This document shows positions 18,181-29,059 of a stretch of DNA of 64,000 bases, in pieces. The position numbers were made by a program, and so were the translations under genes. The DNA is taken from the NCBI GenBank assembly GCA_965197905.1, contig CBDAOB010000004.1, positions 1,600,001-1,664,000 of the forward strand, read 5' to 3'. This DNA is from Candidatus Latescibacterota bacterium. Its GTDB lineage: Bacteria > Latescibacterota > UBA2968 > UBA8231. How positions within the stretch are numbered: the stretch's first letter is position 1; every line of letters starts with the position of its first letter. The notes under the pieces are model-generated. The model was not told the origin of the DNA and ran no database searches. It worked only from the letters and a program-made list of their open reading frames with translations.

Positions 18181-20448
18181 TCAGAGTCCCTGAAGGGTGG
18201 TACGAATTGCGGCGGCAGTGATACCGAAGTGAGCCCAGGTTTCCATATGTCCCTCCGACGGGGCGGTGCCCGGATCGGAGATACCCACATGTCGGCACGG
18301 AATACCCAGCGCGGCGGCCGCCGTAGCTACCAGACCGGCGAACCCCCGCGCGCCCGATTCCACGGTGCCGATCAATCCGTCCTCGACGGTGACCACTCCC
18401 TCGGTATAAGGGGCGACCAGCGCGGTGAGTTGGCCGGGTTGTAGCGGCAGTCCGTTGACTACAAACACGTCTGTTGCCATGCCTTCGGAGATGATCTGAT
18501 CGGCCGCTTCCGCCGCCAGGAAGGCGGGGGCGCCAAAGGCGAGAACCCCCCGGCGGGCGTGATCGTAGCGCCGCAGAGCCGTGATTTCCTCCCACGCATC
18601 ATCGAGGCTCCATAGCGGTTCGGCGCTGTCCTGCTTGGCAAGAATCGGCAGATCGTCGCGCGGTATGCCGATGATGTGACCTCCATAGTGAGCCGCAAGA
18701 TCGAGCACGGCCAAAAAAGCGGCGCGGGCATCCGCCGGGGCATAGAAACGGTGCAGGTACGGAAGGTAGGTGAGCCCGACGTTGATCCAATCGAGCCCCC
18801 ATCCCGAGAAGTGGTCGCGACCGGTGCAGGCACCGACGTGGGACAGGTGAAAGGTGACGTTGAGGCCCTCGTTGACCCCGTTGAGGTTGCGCTGATAACG
18901 CCACAGGTCAAACCCTTCGCGGGCGATACCTTCGTAAAAAGCGGCAAAGGTGGATACGACATTCAGCTGGGGGCCTGAGCCGGTCATGGACAAGCCATCG
19001 GCTACCAGGGTAGCCGCCTGTTCCTCGATGCTCATCTCGAACTGGTGATCGGCGGCGAGGAAAGATCGGGCTTTGGCTAATTTTGTGGACGGATCCAGGT
19101 CGCAGCTGACGACGAAGACATCCTCCGGAAACGCCTTGGCCACGGCGGCGTAACCGGCCTCCGAACCGCTGCGGGGAGATTCGCTGGTTCCAGGGTGTGG
19201 CAGCTCAATCTCTACCAACGCGTTTGCGGGCAGTACCAGATTCCTGCTTCCAGGGGCTGGCCGCGCCGCGGTTATCACCGTGCGTTGCGGTTGTGCGCGC
19301 AAGTTTTCCAGGGTCTGTTTCTGTGCAGGCGTAGAGGTAAGCATCGCGCTCGCCAGCACGGCATCGCAATCGCGACCTTTCATGTGTCCGTCGTGGTGTC
19401 CTTTGCCGCCGGGCAGCTGGTTTACCAGAAACAGACACTCCAGCATCGCTTCCACGTCTCGAAAACTCATGAGCGAACCCGGTACCCATACCTCAGTATC
19501 AAGAGCGACCTTGTTGGCGGCGGCAAAAGCGTCCATTTCGACGCCGATCCCGTAGCCGACGCCGAAACTCTTCAGGGTGGACACCTGGCCGTTGTCCGAT
19601 CGATATCCGACCGGATAGACCATGGAGGGCCGGCCGGTCTGGGCTAGCTCGAAACCCTGGCGATACGCTGCGTAGAGGCTCTCCGTATCGTGCAGACTGG
19701 GTATCTCCAACACCTCCACACCCAGGGACTCGATGACGCGGCGTGGGTCCTTGTCCATGATCGATTGAGTGCTTCCCGAAAGCTGGATCCCATTTCGATG
19801 CATAACGAAAGTGATGGGCGCGCCATGCACGTCGGCGGCGTTAAAACCGTTGAGCGCCTGGCCCGAGATCCAACCCGCGTCGCCGCAATGGGTGACGACC
19901 CAAACACCGTCACCGAACTTGGCACGCTTGCCCAGAGCCTGACCGACCGCCACCGGAATCATGACTCCGAGGCGCCCACCGTTTAGCTGGGTACCGCCGG
20001 GCAACCACGATACGTGACCGGGAATGTCCAGGCCGCGGCGGAATCCATCGATCACCACCTCCTCATCGAGGTACCCAAAGGCGGCCAGCGCCGCGTAATA
20101 ACCGACACTCGTGTGGGCGTGCTCGATGGTGTATTCAATCTTTTCGAAATCGGCAACCGCCATGGTCAGTAAGAGCGGCGGGATGAGCTCCAGTCCACCG
20201 CCGAGGTGGTCGACCTCGTTCAATTTCGCCAAGGAGCTCAGCGTGCGTATCGACACGGTTGCCGCTTCGATCTGCAGCCCTTCCAATGCCAACAGTTGGT
20301 CCTTTTCGAGCCGCGCCTGGGAGCGCACATCCAGATGCAGCGGCAAGACGGTGGAGCGCACTACGGGTCCGAGGTATCGGGTGGCGGACAAGAGCGCCGC
20401 ATTGCGGTGATCCTGCGTCTCTACTCGATCAGACACCGCTGAACTCAT
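18181..20448 (-). CDS. Transketolase-like ThDP enzyme (single chain, divergent)
   Basis: DHLGGGL, PGH, ThDP motif variant GDAG...HRN, CDLDPST, SIEEQ, C-terminal VTVEDG. Confidence 0.8.
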   Translation of the reverse strand: MSSAVSDRVETQDHRNAALLSATRYLGPVVRSTVLPLHLDVRSQARLEKDQLLALEGLQIEAATVSIRTLSSLAKLNEVDHLGGGLELIPPLLLTMAVADFEKIEYTIEHAHTSVGYYAALAAFGYLDEEVVIDGFRRGLDIPGHVSWLPGGTQLNGGRLGVMIPVAVGQALGKRAKFGDGVWVVTHCGDAGWISGQALNGFNAADVHGAPITFVMHRNGIQLSGSTQSIMDKDPRRVIESLGVEVLEIPSLHDTESLYAAYRQGFELAQTGRPSMVYPVGYRSDNGQVSTLKSFGVGYGIGVEMDAFAAANKVALDTEVWVPGSLMSFRDVEAMLECLFLVNQLPGGKGHHDGHMKGRDCDAVLASAMLTSTPAQKQTLENLRAQPQRTVITAARPAPGSRNLVLPANALVEIELPHPGTSESPRSGSEAGYAAVAKAFPEDVFVVSCDLDPSTKLAKARSFLAADHQFEMSIEEQAATLVADGLSMTGSGPQLNVVSTFAAFYEGIAREGFDLWRYQRNLNGVNEGLNVTFHLSHVGACTGRDHFSGWGLDWINVGLTYLPYLHRFYAPADARAAFLAVLDLAAHYGGHIIGIPRDDLPILAKQDSAEPLWSLDDAWEEITALRRYDHARRGVLAFGAPAFLAAEAADQIISEGMATDVFVVNGLPLQPGQLTALVAPYTEGVVTVEDGLIGTVESGARGFAGLVATAAAALGIPCRHVGISDPGTAPSEGHMETWAHFGITAAAIRTTLQGL

Positions 20449-20540
20449 CTTTCAGCTCCTTTGGCGTTTGGGTTTGGTTATGATATCACACCCCCATCTC
20501 TTCCGCAAGAAATTGAGGTCGATGTTATTCGCTGTTGCAC

Positions 20541-22329
20541 CTACTCTCGAGCCAGTTCGTACTCAACGCCGAGCTCGGTGCGGACTCCAGATTCGAGGGT
20601 GTGCAGGAAGGTGTAGAGGTGGCTGGTCAGGTAGAGTGGTTTGTTGGTATGCGCGGAATAGACCCAGACGGTCTGGGGGTCGGGAGTGAATGTAGTCGTG
20701 AGTCTGTAGGTGCTGGTGCCGTGACGAAGTTTGACGGTTCCCTTCAGAGAACCGCTGTTGGCAGCCGCCGGATCGACATCGTGGCGCAAGAGGAGGATCT
20801 CAGGCCCGGATTGGTGGGTTGCTTCCTGCTGAAAACTGGTGTGGGGGGGATTCACCGGCCGCGTGGCGACAGCGTCGCCCACCTCTTCGATGAATCCCTG
20901 GTTCGAGAAGCCGGGGAATCCAACCATGATGTATGGTTCCTCAAGCCGTCTCTGGGTGCGGTTGACGACGGTGTAGTCGATCCCGAACCGGGACCCGACC
21001 AGGGGCAAGCGGTAGGTGACCGAAAGATCGGCCCCCTCTTCGGTGGTATTCCTCCGTTCGTAGCGCAGCAGGATTCGATCGGACTCCTCGACAATCTCCG
21101 GTTCCCCCCAGTCCTCCTGCAGGAGTTTGGCCGCCAGCCACTGATCCTCGGTGCCTGCCTGGCGGTACCAGAACCATTCCCAGTCGCCCAACGGCAGCTC
21201 CGGGTGCGCGAAGTCCGGCGTCTGACCGTTCAGCTTTAACGAGACGATGCCGAAAGGCGATGCGCCTTGAATGGCGATGGTGTATGACGGCATAAAGATC
21301 CGGATCCGAGGACCGTCTCGAACGATGTGGTATTGGGGCGGGAGAATCTCTTCGGCCACCTCTTTCATCGCTTCCACCGGGACCGTCTCTTCTACCGCTT
21401 CCGGCTCTTCTACTGCTACCATCTCTCCCACCGCTTCCGGCTCTTCTACCGCTTCCGGCTCTTCTACCGCTTCCGGCTCTTCCACCGCTTCCAGCTCTGC
21501 TACTGCTTCCGGCTCTTCTACTGCTTCCGGCTCTTCCGCCGCTTCCGGCTCTTCTACTACCGCTTCCGGCTACCGCTTCCGGCTCTGCTACCGCTTCCGG
21601 CTCTGCTACCGCTCTGCTACCGCTTCCTACCGCTTCCGGCTCTGCTACCGCTTCCGGCTCTGCTACCGCTTCCGGCTCTGCTACCGCTTCCGGCTCTGCT
21701 ACCGCTTCCGGCTCTGCTACCGCTTCCGGCTCTGCTACCGCTTCCGGCTCTGCTACCGCTTCCGGCTCTGCTACCGCTTCCGGCTCTGCTACCGCTTCCG
21801 GCTCTGCTACCGCTTCCGGCTCTGCTACCGCTTCCGGCTCTGCTACCGCTTCCGGCTCTGCTACCGCTTCCGGCTCTGCTACCGCTTCCGGCTCTGCTAC
21901 CGCTTCCGGCTCTGCTACCGCTTCCGGCTCTGCTACCGCTTCCGGCTCTGCTACCGCTTCCACTGCCGAGCTGTCGCTCGTGGCCGTGGTATCGCCCTTC
22001 GCCACCGAAAGCACCCGCTGCAGCATCGAGTCCAGCCGTGCGGCGAGCACCGGGTCGTGGCGCGCGCGCTCCAGGGCCGTGCCCTCGCCGAATCGATCGG
22101 CGAACAGAAAGAGATCCTCGAAATCAACCCGCCCGCTGCCGTTCAGATCGAAGCGCGGATCGGCGCTTCCAAAGGCTTCCATGAAAAGGGTCAAATCGAT
22201 GAAGTCTACGCCGCCGTTGTCATTGAAATCACCTTCAAGCTCGTCTCCCCCTGCCGAGACAAACGTCACCCAGAGAGCGAGCATCAGGAGAGCGGGGAAA
22301 GGAGTTCGCAAGGACGCGGGATCCGCCAC
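20541..22329 (-). CDS. Secreted protein: EF-hand/dockerin-like domain, (AVAEPE)n linker, uncharacterised C-terminal domain; frame broken within the repeat
   Basis: Signal peptide, GDFNDNGGVDFIDL..FDLNGSGRVDFEDL; ORFs 20941-22329 and 20541-21485 both encode the repeat and join through it. Confidence 0.7.
21393..21960. repeat. 18-bp coding tandem repeat (TACCGCTTCCGGCTCTGC)n
   Basis: About 18 perfect consecutive units at ~21628-21960 plus degenerate units (..TCTTC variant, AVEEPE) down to ~21393. Confidence 0.97.
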
Positions 22330-22497
22330 CTAGGAAACCTCTGACGATGGACTGCCTGCGGACTGTTTTGCCACTGATTTGCCGGCCTTCGGGTGTGTTG
22401 ACATCAAAAGAAAACCGGCCTAGATATAGGCCGGTCCGCTACACTCTTCGTTCAACCATACACCAACAATCCTCCACTCGCCAGACGGAGCCGTTGG

Positions 22498-23061
22498 ATG
22501 GAACAAGATCCCTCACGGGACGCGGCGCTGGCCTTGTTGCGGCGCTACAACAGCAATCCATCCCTTATCAATCACGCTAGATCGGTCGAGGCCGCCATGC
22601 GTTTTATGGCGCGCAAGACTGGGGCCGACGAAGATCGGTGGGGCCTCGTGGGTCTGATTCACGATTTAGATTACGAGCAGTTTTCCGATCGCCATTGCCA
22701 CAAGACCGCAGAGCTGTTGCGGGCCGAGAGCTGGCCCGAGGAGATCGTGCGGGCGGTTCTTTCTCATGGGTGGCAGATATGCACCGAGGTCGAACCCGAA
22801 ACCGACCTCGAACGGACCCTGTATGCCGTCGACGAGCTCGCCGGGCTGGTGACGGCGTGCGCTCTGGTGCGACCGTCCAAGAGCGTAAGCGACCTCTCGG
22901 TGAAATCGGTGAAGAAGAAGTGGAAGCAGAAGAGTTTCGCCGCCGGAGCCGACCGCGAGGTCATTCTCCGCGGCACCGGGATGATGGGGGTGGGTCTGGA
23001 CGAACTGATCGGCGACGTGATCGCGGCCCTGCAAGAAGTGGCGGACGAGATCGGGCTCTAG
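22498..23061 (+). CDS. HD-domain (HDIG-type) hydrolase
   Basis: H..SVE, GLIHDLDYE, H, VDELAGLV..CALVRP, KKKWKQKSFAAG. Confidence 0.9.
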   Translation: MEQDPSRDAALALLRRYNSNPSLINHARSVEAAMRFMARKTGADEDRWGLVGLIHDLDYEQFSDRHCHKTAELLRAESWPEEIVRAVLSHGWQICTEVEPETDLERTLYAVDELAGLVTACALVRPSKSVSDLSVKSVKKKWKQKSFAAGADREVILRGTGMMGVGLDELIGDVIAALQEVADEIGL

Positions 23062-23070
23062 CCGCCCTTT

Positions 23071-23955
23071 ATGGAACTCTCCGTTTCGCGTGGCGAGGCC
23101 TACGCCCTGGCCTGCGGTTTCCTGTGGGCGGTGAACAGCTTGATCCTGCGGACCCAGGCGCTCAAGCTGCAACCCAGACTAGTAAACATGATTCGGTGCG
23201 GGGCCGGGGGGTTGCTGTTGTGTCTGGCGCTTCCGCTGGGCGGACCGCTGGCGAGCCTATTGCAGGTAACGCCTTTGGAATGGTGCCTGCTTTTCGGCTC
23301 GCTGCTGTTCGGCGTTGTCCTGGGCGATACCGGCTACATCGCCGCGCTCAGAGAGGTCGGCGTTTCCCGCACCATGGCCGATCGCCGGCACCTACCCGTT
23401 GGCCACCCTACTGTTCGAGTGGGTGTTGTTCGACCATGCCGCCGGACTGGGTTTGTTGGCGGGATCCTGCCTCGTAGTGGCAGGGGTGGTATTTATGACC
23501 AGCCGTCCCACGGCCGCCGCCGAACCTACAACGAAGGCCAAGGTCGGTGTCGCGCTGGCGCTTGGAGCCGCGCTGTGCTGGGGCCTGAGCTGCGCTCTGC
23601 TGAAGCCGGCCAGCCCCACATGAGTGGCATCCACGCCAACGCGGTGCGTATGCCGCTGGTGGTCCTGATTCTCTTTTTCAGTATTGCGCTGCCCAGCGGT
23701 CTCGGAACTATGCGGAACCTGAAGACGAAAAGCGTGTTGATCGTGGCCGCAAGCGGTGCGGTCAGCATGGGGCTGGTGGGCATCCTCTTCGTCGATGCCC
23801 TCAAGGACGGCAGCGCCACCAAGATTGTCACCCTGACCTCCACGTCACCTCTGTTCGCATTGATTCTGGCGGTTGTCTTCCTCAAGGAGAAGCTCAACGC
23901 CCGGGTACTGGTCGGGTCCGGCTGCTGCCTCTCCGGAGTATTTCTGGTTCTGTGA
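23071..23955 (+). CDS. DMT/EamA family transporter with two apparent compensating frameshifts
   Basis: The hydrophobic EamA sequence moves to the frame of ORF 23315-23623 between about 23380 and 23615. Confidence 0.75.
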   Translation: MELSVSRGEAYALACGFLWAVNSLILRTQALKLQPRLVNMIRCGAGGLLLCLALPLGGPLASLLQVTPLEWCLLFGSLLFGVVLGDTGYIAALREVGVSRTMADRRHLPVGHPTVRVGVVRPCRRTGFVGGILPRSGRGGIYDQPSHGRRRTYNEGQGRCRAGAWSRAVLGPELRSAEAGQPHMSGIHANAVRMPLVVLILFFSIALPSGLGTMRNLKTKSVLIVAASGAVSMGLVGILFVDALKDGSATKIVTLTSTSPLFALILAVVFLKEKLNARVLVGSGCCLSGVFLVL

Positions 23956-23971
23956 CCTCGTAGGGCTCCCG

Positions 23972-24838
23972 ATGCGATTTGCCATTGTCTGCAACCCTGC
24001 CGCCGGGGACACCAGCGCCGCGGACAAAGCCCGGCTGCTCGCGGCACCGGCTCGAGTCTTGGGCGCCCAGGTGTATGGCCTCGACACCTTGAGTAAGGAC
24101 GAATTGGCGGCTTGTGCGCGGGATCTGGCGCAACGGCACGACGTGGTGGTGGTGGCCGGGGGTGACGGCACCTTCTCCGACGTGATGAATGCACTCGCCG
24201 ACGCCGCTCCGACCTTAGCGTACTTGCCTCTGGGCTCCGGCAATGCTCTACGGCGAGCGTTGGGCATGGGCGGCAATCTGGTCCGCGGCGCCCAGCGTAT
24301 CGCCGATGGCAGTAGCCGCGCCGTGGATCTGATCCGCTGCGACGAAAAGCGTCTGGCTTTTGTGGCTTCGGTGGGTCTGGACGCAACGGTCCTGCGTCTG
24401 ATGAGCGCGAGGTCCCACGCCGGCCACCGGGGGTTCGGCGACTATGCGGCAGCCGCCGTTCGCGCCTACTTCAAGGAGCATCGGCGGTCTTCTGTATCGT
24501 TCACCGTGGACGAGACGCGTGCCTCCGCAACCCGTCTTTTGAACCTTGCGGTGGTCAAACAGCCATATTATGGCTTCGGGTTGAAGATGGTACCGCGCGC
24601 GCGTTTCGACGACGGACAACTGCACCTGTGGTGTCTCGAGTCGGGATTGCTCGGAGCGGTGGCCGGAGTGATTACGGCGTTAAGTACCGGTAATCGGATG
24701 GGCAGATTCTACTCCGGCGTCCAGGCGAGTGTGGAATTCGAAACGCCGCAAGAGTTTCAAAGCGACGGGGATTGGCGCGGGAAAGCTAAGCGGTTCCGTT
24801 TTGAAATCGCGCCGCACGCACTGAACGTCCGCTGCTGA
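23972..24838 (+). CDS. Diacylglycerol/lipid kinase family protein (YegS-like)
   Basis: NPAAG, AGGDGT, PLGSGNA, YYGFG, DDG, QSDG. Confidence 0.9.
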   Translation: MRFAIVCNPAAGDTSAADKARLLAAPARVLGAQVYGLDTLSKDELAACARDLAQRHDVVVVAGGDGTFSDVMNALADAAPTLAYLPLGSGNALRRALGMGGNLVRGAQRIADGSSRAVDLIRCDEKRLAFVASVGLDATVLRLMSARSHAGHRGFGDYAAAAVRAYFKEHRRSSVSFTVDETRASATRLLNLAVVKQPYYGFGLKMVPRARFDDGQLHLWCLESGLLGAVAGVITALSTGNRMGRFYSGVQASVEFETPQEFQSDGDWRGKAKRFRFEIAPHALNVRC

Positions 24839-24851
24839 CGCCGACCTACCC

Positions 24852-26057
24852 TCAACCGGCGAGCTGCCCGAACCGCGTTGACGGCACCCCCTCGCGCCGG
24901 TAGCGATAGCGGTAGATGCCAAGGGCGGTTGCCGCGGCCAGTGGAAGCACCGCCACCACCCACAACATCGACTCGAACTCCACTACCGCCAGCAACACAC
25001 CGCCCACAATCGGCCCAGCCACTTTCCCCGCATTGCGCATCGTGCCCACTGCCCCCATGCCGGCCCCAACGTGATGCTGGTCCATCTGCTCCGACACCAA
25101 CGCCAGGGTGTTTGGAAAGATCAACGCTTGAGCGGCGCCCACCAGGATCGCCACCGCCATCAGCGACGGCGGATTGTCAGCGACCCCCAACAGGGGTAGG
25201 CAGATGCCCATGAGACCCATGCCCAGGGCGATGCCGAGAAGGTGTCCCATGCGGTCGCCTAGGCGTCCGCCCAGCGGTTTCAAGGACAGGTGGGCGATCT
25301 CCTGGACCGAAAAGAAAAGTCCCACCAGCAGGACGCTAATCCCCTGGGAAAGAGCGAAGAGCGGTAGAAACGCCTTGGCCGCGTAAAGGGCGAGAAAAAC
25401 CCCCAACTCCAGAACACCGGCCAGCCAGACGCCGGCCGCCTTGCTGCCGCTCCGCATCGCCGCGGTCATCTGCTGGCGCACCGATGCCCGTGTCGTCCAG
25501 TCGCGCGACGTCGACTCGTTTAGGAACAAGGTCGGAATCAAAGCGATACAGCTCAGCAAGCCGATGACCGTAAAGATGAACCCTGGGTCCATGGTCAACA
25601 ACAGCCATCCCCCCAGCGCCGGCCCGAGAATGTACCCGCCGCTGCGAGCGATTCCAAACCAGCCCAGTCGTTCCGCACGCCGGATGGTGCCCTGTTCGGC
25701 GACGAAGGCCAGCGAAACCGGTCCGAATATGGCGGTTGCCAATCCGTGCACCAGCCGTAACGCCAGTAGCTCCTCCTGGGAGTGCACAAAACGGTACAGG
25801 AATGGAGTAACCGCAAAGAAGGCGATTCCCACCACGAGCCATCCCCGCCGACCCCACCGATCGGACAGCACCCCAAAGGTTGGTTTCAGCACCATGCCGG
25901 TGAGCGTGGATACGGAAACAATCAAACCCAAGAATACTGCCTCCGCGCCGAGGCTGGCGGCGAAAAGGGGTAAGAGGGGGGTCTTAGCCATCTGATAACC
26001 CGTGCGCACGACGAAATCGGCGGTGGTGATCCTGGCGAGGTCTAGTCGGCGGTGCAT
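24852..26057 (-). CDS. MFS transporter
   Basis: About 12 TM helices, motif A GVLSDRWGRR and GRLGDRMG. Confidence 0.92.
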   Translation of the reverse strand: MHRRLDLARITTADFVVRTGYQMAKTPLLPLFAASLGAEAVFLGLIVSVSTLTGMVLKPTFGVLSDRWGRRGWLVVGIAFFAVTPFLYRFVHSQEELLALRLVHGLATAIFGPVSLAFVAEQGTIRRAERLGWFGIARSGGYILGPALGGWLLLTMDPGFIFTVIGLLSCIALIPTLFLNESTSRDWTTRASVRQQMTAAMRSGSKAAGVWLAGVLELGVFLALYAAKAFLPLFALSQGISVLLVGLFFSVQEIAHLSLKPLGGRLGDRMGHLLGIALGMGLMGICLPLLGVADNPPSLMAVAILVGAAQALIFPNTLALVSEQMDQHHVGAGMGAVGTMRNAGKVAGPIVGGVLLAVVEFESMLWVVAVLPLAAATALGIYRYRYRREGVPSTRFGQLAG

Positions 26058-27469
26058 CTGATCTGTTCGGTTAGGAGTCGACGGAAACGGGGGGCAGCTC
26101 GGCGAGTTTTCAGATCGTAGCGCTGCAGCGCCCCGCCGCCGCCGGGAGAGCTGCCGACGGCGCCGATGTAGGCGATGTCTGGATCGGTCGGATGCACCGC
26201 CATGTAACCGCTTTCACCGCTGCCCACGGGGTAACAGTCACTCATCGGGATGGCGTCGAACTCGGTGGCACTGGGCACGCAGATACTCGAGTTGTCCTGC
26301 TGCGTGGCGTAAACGCGGTACGGGAAGCGGGTGTCTACGTCCAAGCGGTAGAATTGGGCGGTGAGCTGGTTGTAGATCGTCGACCAGCTGCGCCCTCCGT
26401 TGAACGAGACGCACGCGCCCCCATCGCTGCCTTGAATCATCCGTTGGGAATCGGCGGGGTCGATCCACATGTCGTGGTTGTCGGCGTGAGGGGTCGTGGC
26501 GATGTCGAAGGTGGCGCCGCCGTCGATCGATTTCCACAAGCGAATGTTGGGGACCCAGACGGTATTCTCATCGTTCGGGTCGGGACACAGATGGCAGTAA
26601 TACCAGGGCCGTCCCATCAAGTCGGCGTGATCCGAAACCAGCTCCCATTCTTCGCCGCTGTCATCCGAGCGGTAGAGACCGCCCTTTTCTGCTTCCACCA
26701 GCGCGAAGATCCGCTCAGAGTTGGCCGGGGATACGGCAACTCCGATCTTGCCCTTGATCCCCTGCGGCATGCCTTTGTTGTTTGAGAGCTCCTTCCAGGT
26801 GTCGCCCCCGTCCACCGATTTGAAGAGGCCGCTGTCCGGGCCCCCGCTGGACAACTTCCAGAAATTGCGGTAGACCTCCCAGACGCTGGCGAACAGAATG
26901 CAGGGGTTGTTCGGATCCATCGACAGGTCCACGGCGCCGGCTTTTTCGCTGCGATAGAGCACCTGTTCCCAGTGTGCGCCACCGTCTCTGGAGCGATAGA
27001 CCCCGCGCTCGCTGTTGGGTCCGAATGCGTGGCCCATGGCGGCGACGTACAGCAGGTCTGGATCGGTCGGGTGGATGCGAATTTTGCCGATGTGACGGGT
27101 TTCCTTCAATCCCACGTGGCGCCAGGTTTTGCCCGCGTCGGTGGAACGATACACCCCGTCCCCGTAAGAGACATCACCGCGGATGGTGGTTTCGCCGGTG
27201 CCGGCGTACACGACGTTGGGGTCAGCATCGGCGACGGCGATAGCGCCGATGGCGGCGGAGTTGAAATGACCATCGGAGACGTTGCGCCAGTAGGTCCCTC
27301 CGTCGTCGGTTTTCCACACCCCTCCGGCGCAGGCGCCGAAATAGAATTCCATCGGCGCGCTGGGGTGTCCGGCGACGGCAACGACACGCCCACCTCGGGG
27401 CGGCCCGATGCAGCGCCAACGCAATCCACCCAGAAAATTGGAATCGAGCGCGTACTCTGGATTCACCAT
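26042..27469 (-). pseudogene. VPS10/BNR-repeat glycosyl-hydrolase-like protein, C-terminally truncated
   Basis: WRCIGPPRGGR and many S.DGG.TW BNR repeats; family members are usually about twice as long, and the sequence degenerates after YDLKT. Confidence 0.7.
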
Positions 27470-27491
27470 CTGCGATCCTTCTGTTGGAGTG

Positions 27492-28262
27492 TTATTCGGC
27501 CAGATGGCTGGTTCCCATGTAATGCGCCAGAACGGTGTCCGTTGCCATCCGTTGAGCAGTTACGCGTTGGGCCAGCGGCCAGGAAGTTGGCGTCTCGAAG
27601 ATCATGACGTGATCTGCGTGACGTTCCAACAGGAAGGAGGCCAGGCCACGTCCGCCCCAGGCCGGATCCACCTGCAATAGTCCCGGGGAGAGCGGAATAT
27701 CGCTCTCATCGGTTTCGGTGTCTATCGGTCCTATCTCAGACACCTTGTCCAGAACCGTTGGCCCGAGCCATTGCCCACTGGCACTGCCTTCGTAGATATA
27801 GAACCCTTCCGCTTCCCAATCTTCGTGCAGGTCGAGGCACAGGTCGAAACGGCGCCCTTCAAGCGTCCGCGCAACAACCTCCATCTCGGTGCCGACGGGG
27901 TTTAGCAGTACCCGGTTCAGGTCGTGCCCGTCGCCGTTTTCTCGCTGATCGTGAACGAAGCCATACGGATTGAGGCATGGCCAAATGAGATAATTGGCCG
28001 GTTGTGGAAACGCCGCCGCCTCCAGCATGCCGAGCACCATTTCGACGCCGGCAGGTTCGTCACCGTGCACGCCTGAGGTTATGAGTAGGTCTGGACCGGG
28101 CTCAATGGCGGGTACGGATTCGACCTGAATAATCGGATAGCCGTTTACCGCGCCAGCGGTGTGACATCTCCAACAGGCCGGATCGAGGTTCTCCAGCGTG
28201 GCTGGTAGCGTGGCGAAATCGCGGCGGCCGTCGGATCCGCCGGCGGGGGGCTCCCGCTGCAT
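27492..28262 (-). CDS. M14 family metallopeptidase / succinylglutamate desuccinylase-like
   Basis: GVHGDE, NPYG, DLNR, DLHED, FETP. Confidence 0.87.
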   Translation of the reverse strand: MQREPPAGGSDGRRDFATLPATLENLDPACWRCHTAGAVNGYPIIQVESVPAIEPGPDLLITSGVHGDEPAGVEMVLGMLEAAAFPQPANYLIWPCLNPYGFVHDQRENGDGHDLNRVLLNPVGTEMEVVARTLEGRRFDLCLDLHEDWEAEGFYIYEGSASGQWLGPTVLDKVSEIGPIDTETDESDIPLSPGLLQVDPAWGGRGLASFLLERHADHVMIFETPTSWPLAQRVTAQRMATDTVLAHYMGTSHLAE

Positions 28263-28267
28263 GTTTT

Positions 28268-28912
28268 TCAGATTCCCGCCAAACCCCGCACCACTGCGGG
28301 AACCTCGCGCACCGAGTCCAGCACGGTGTACGCTCCTTCGAACGTAGCCCCTCGAGTCAGCTCGTTCGGTATGACAATACAACGCAGACCGGCGGCGACC
28401 GCCGCTGCGGCTCCGCGGGCGGAGTCCTCGACTACCACGCATTCTTCTGCCGTTGCCTGGCTGTGAGTCAGCGCCGCCCGGTACGCATCGGGATACGGTT
28501 TTCCGCGCCTGTAGTCTTCTCGAGTGAGCACGAACCGGAAGAATTCCATCAGGCCGCTGGATTGGTGAATGATATCGAAATGGTCGCGTCGAGAACCGGT
28601 AACCACACCCATTTCAACCTCGCCGTGCAGTTCCTTTAACGTTTCCCAAACCCCGGGCAACACCGTATCGCGGTCCCGCAGCAGGTGAGCGTAACGCTGA
28701 TCCCGCTTCCGACGCAGCTGTTCCCGCTCGAGCTTGGCGAGAGCCGCGGCGAGGTCGAATACGCTTTCTCCGCGGACCAGGGATTGCTCCATAAAGAATT
28801 CGCGGGTCAGCGTAAGGCCGACGGTCGCCAAAACCTCCTGGCTGGACTGGAAATAGAGGGCCTCGGTGTCCACCAAGACACCGTCATTGTCCCAAAAAAC
28901 GGTGAAAGACAT
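28268..28912 (-). CDS. HAD-superfamily phosphatase
   Basis: WDNDGVLVDTE, KPYPD, VEDS. Confidence 0.92.
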   Translation of the reverse strand: MSFTVFWDNDGVLVDTEALYFQSSQEVLATVGLTLTREFFMEQSLVRGESVFDLAAALAKLEREQLRRKRDQRYAHLLRDRDTVLPGVWETLKELHGEVEMGVVTGSRRDHFDIIHQSSGLMEFFRFVLTREDYRRGKPYPDAYRAALTHSQATAEECVVVEDSARGAAAAVAAGLRCIVIPNELTRGATFEGAYTVLDSVREVPAVVRGLAGI

Positions 28913-29059
28913 CTCGTCGACGGGGGTTCAGGGGGCGGGACGCGGCCCCCAAAATAGGCTAATTTCACCCACCGGCAAAAGGTGTATCTAGGATCGAGCG
29001 CTCGTAGCGGCAGCCGCGAGCGGGTACTGAAATCGTCATCGGGAAGGGAGTGCAACACG

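Noticed and set aside
21393..21960. Possible CRISPR array
   Set aside because: Head-to-tail 18-bp units with no spacers, encoding AVAEPE in frame; no cas genes in the window.
21271..22344. Plus-strand ORFs encoding (YRFRLC)n and (PALLPL)n
   Set aside because: Stop-free shadow frames of the tandem repeat; the minus strand carries the signal peptide and recognisable domain.
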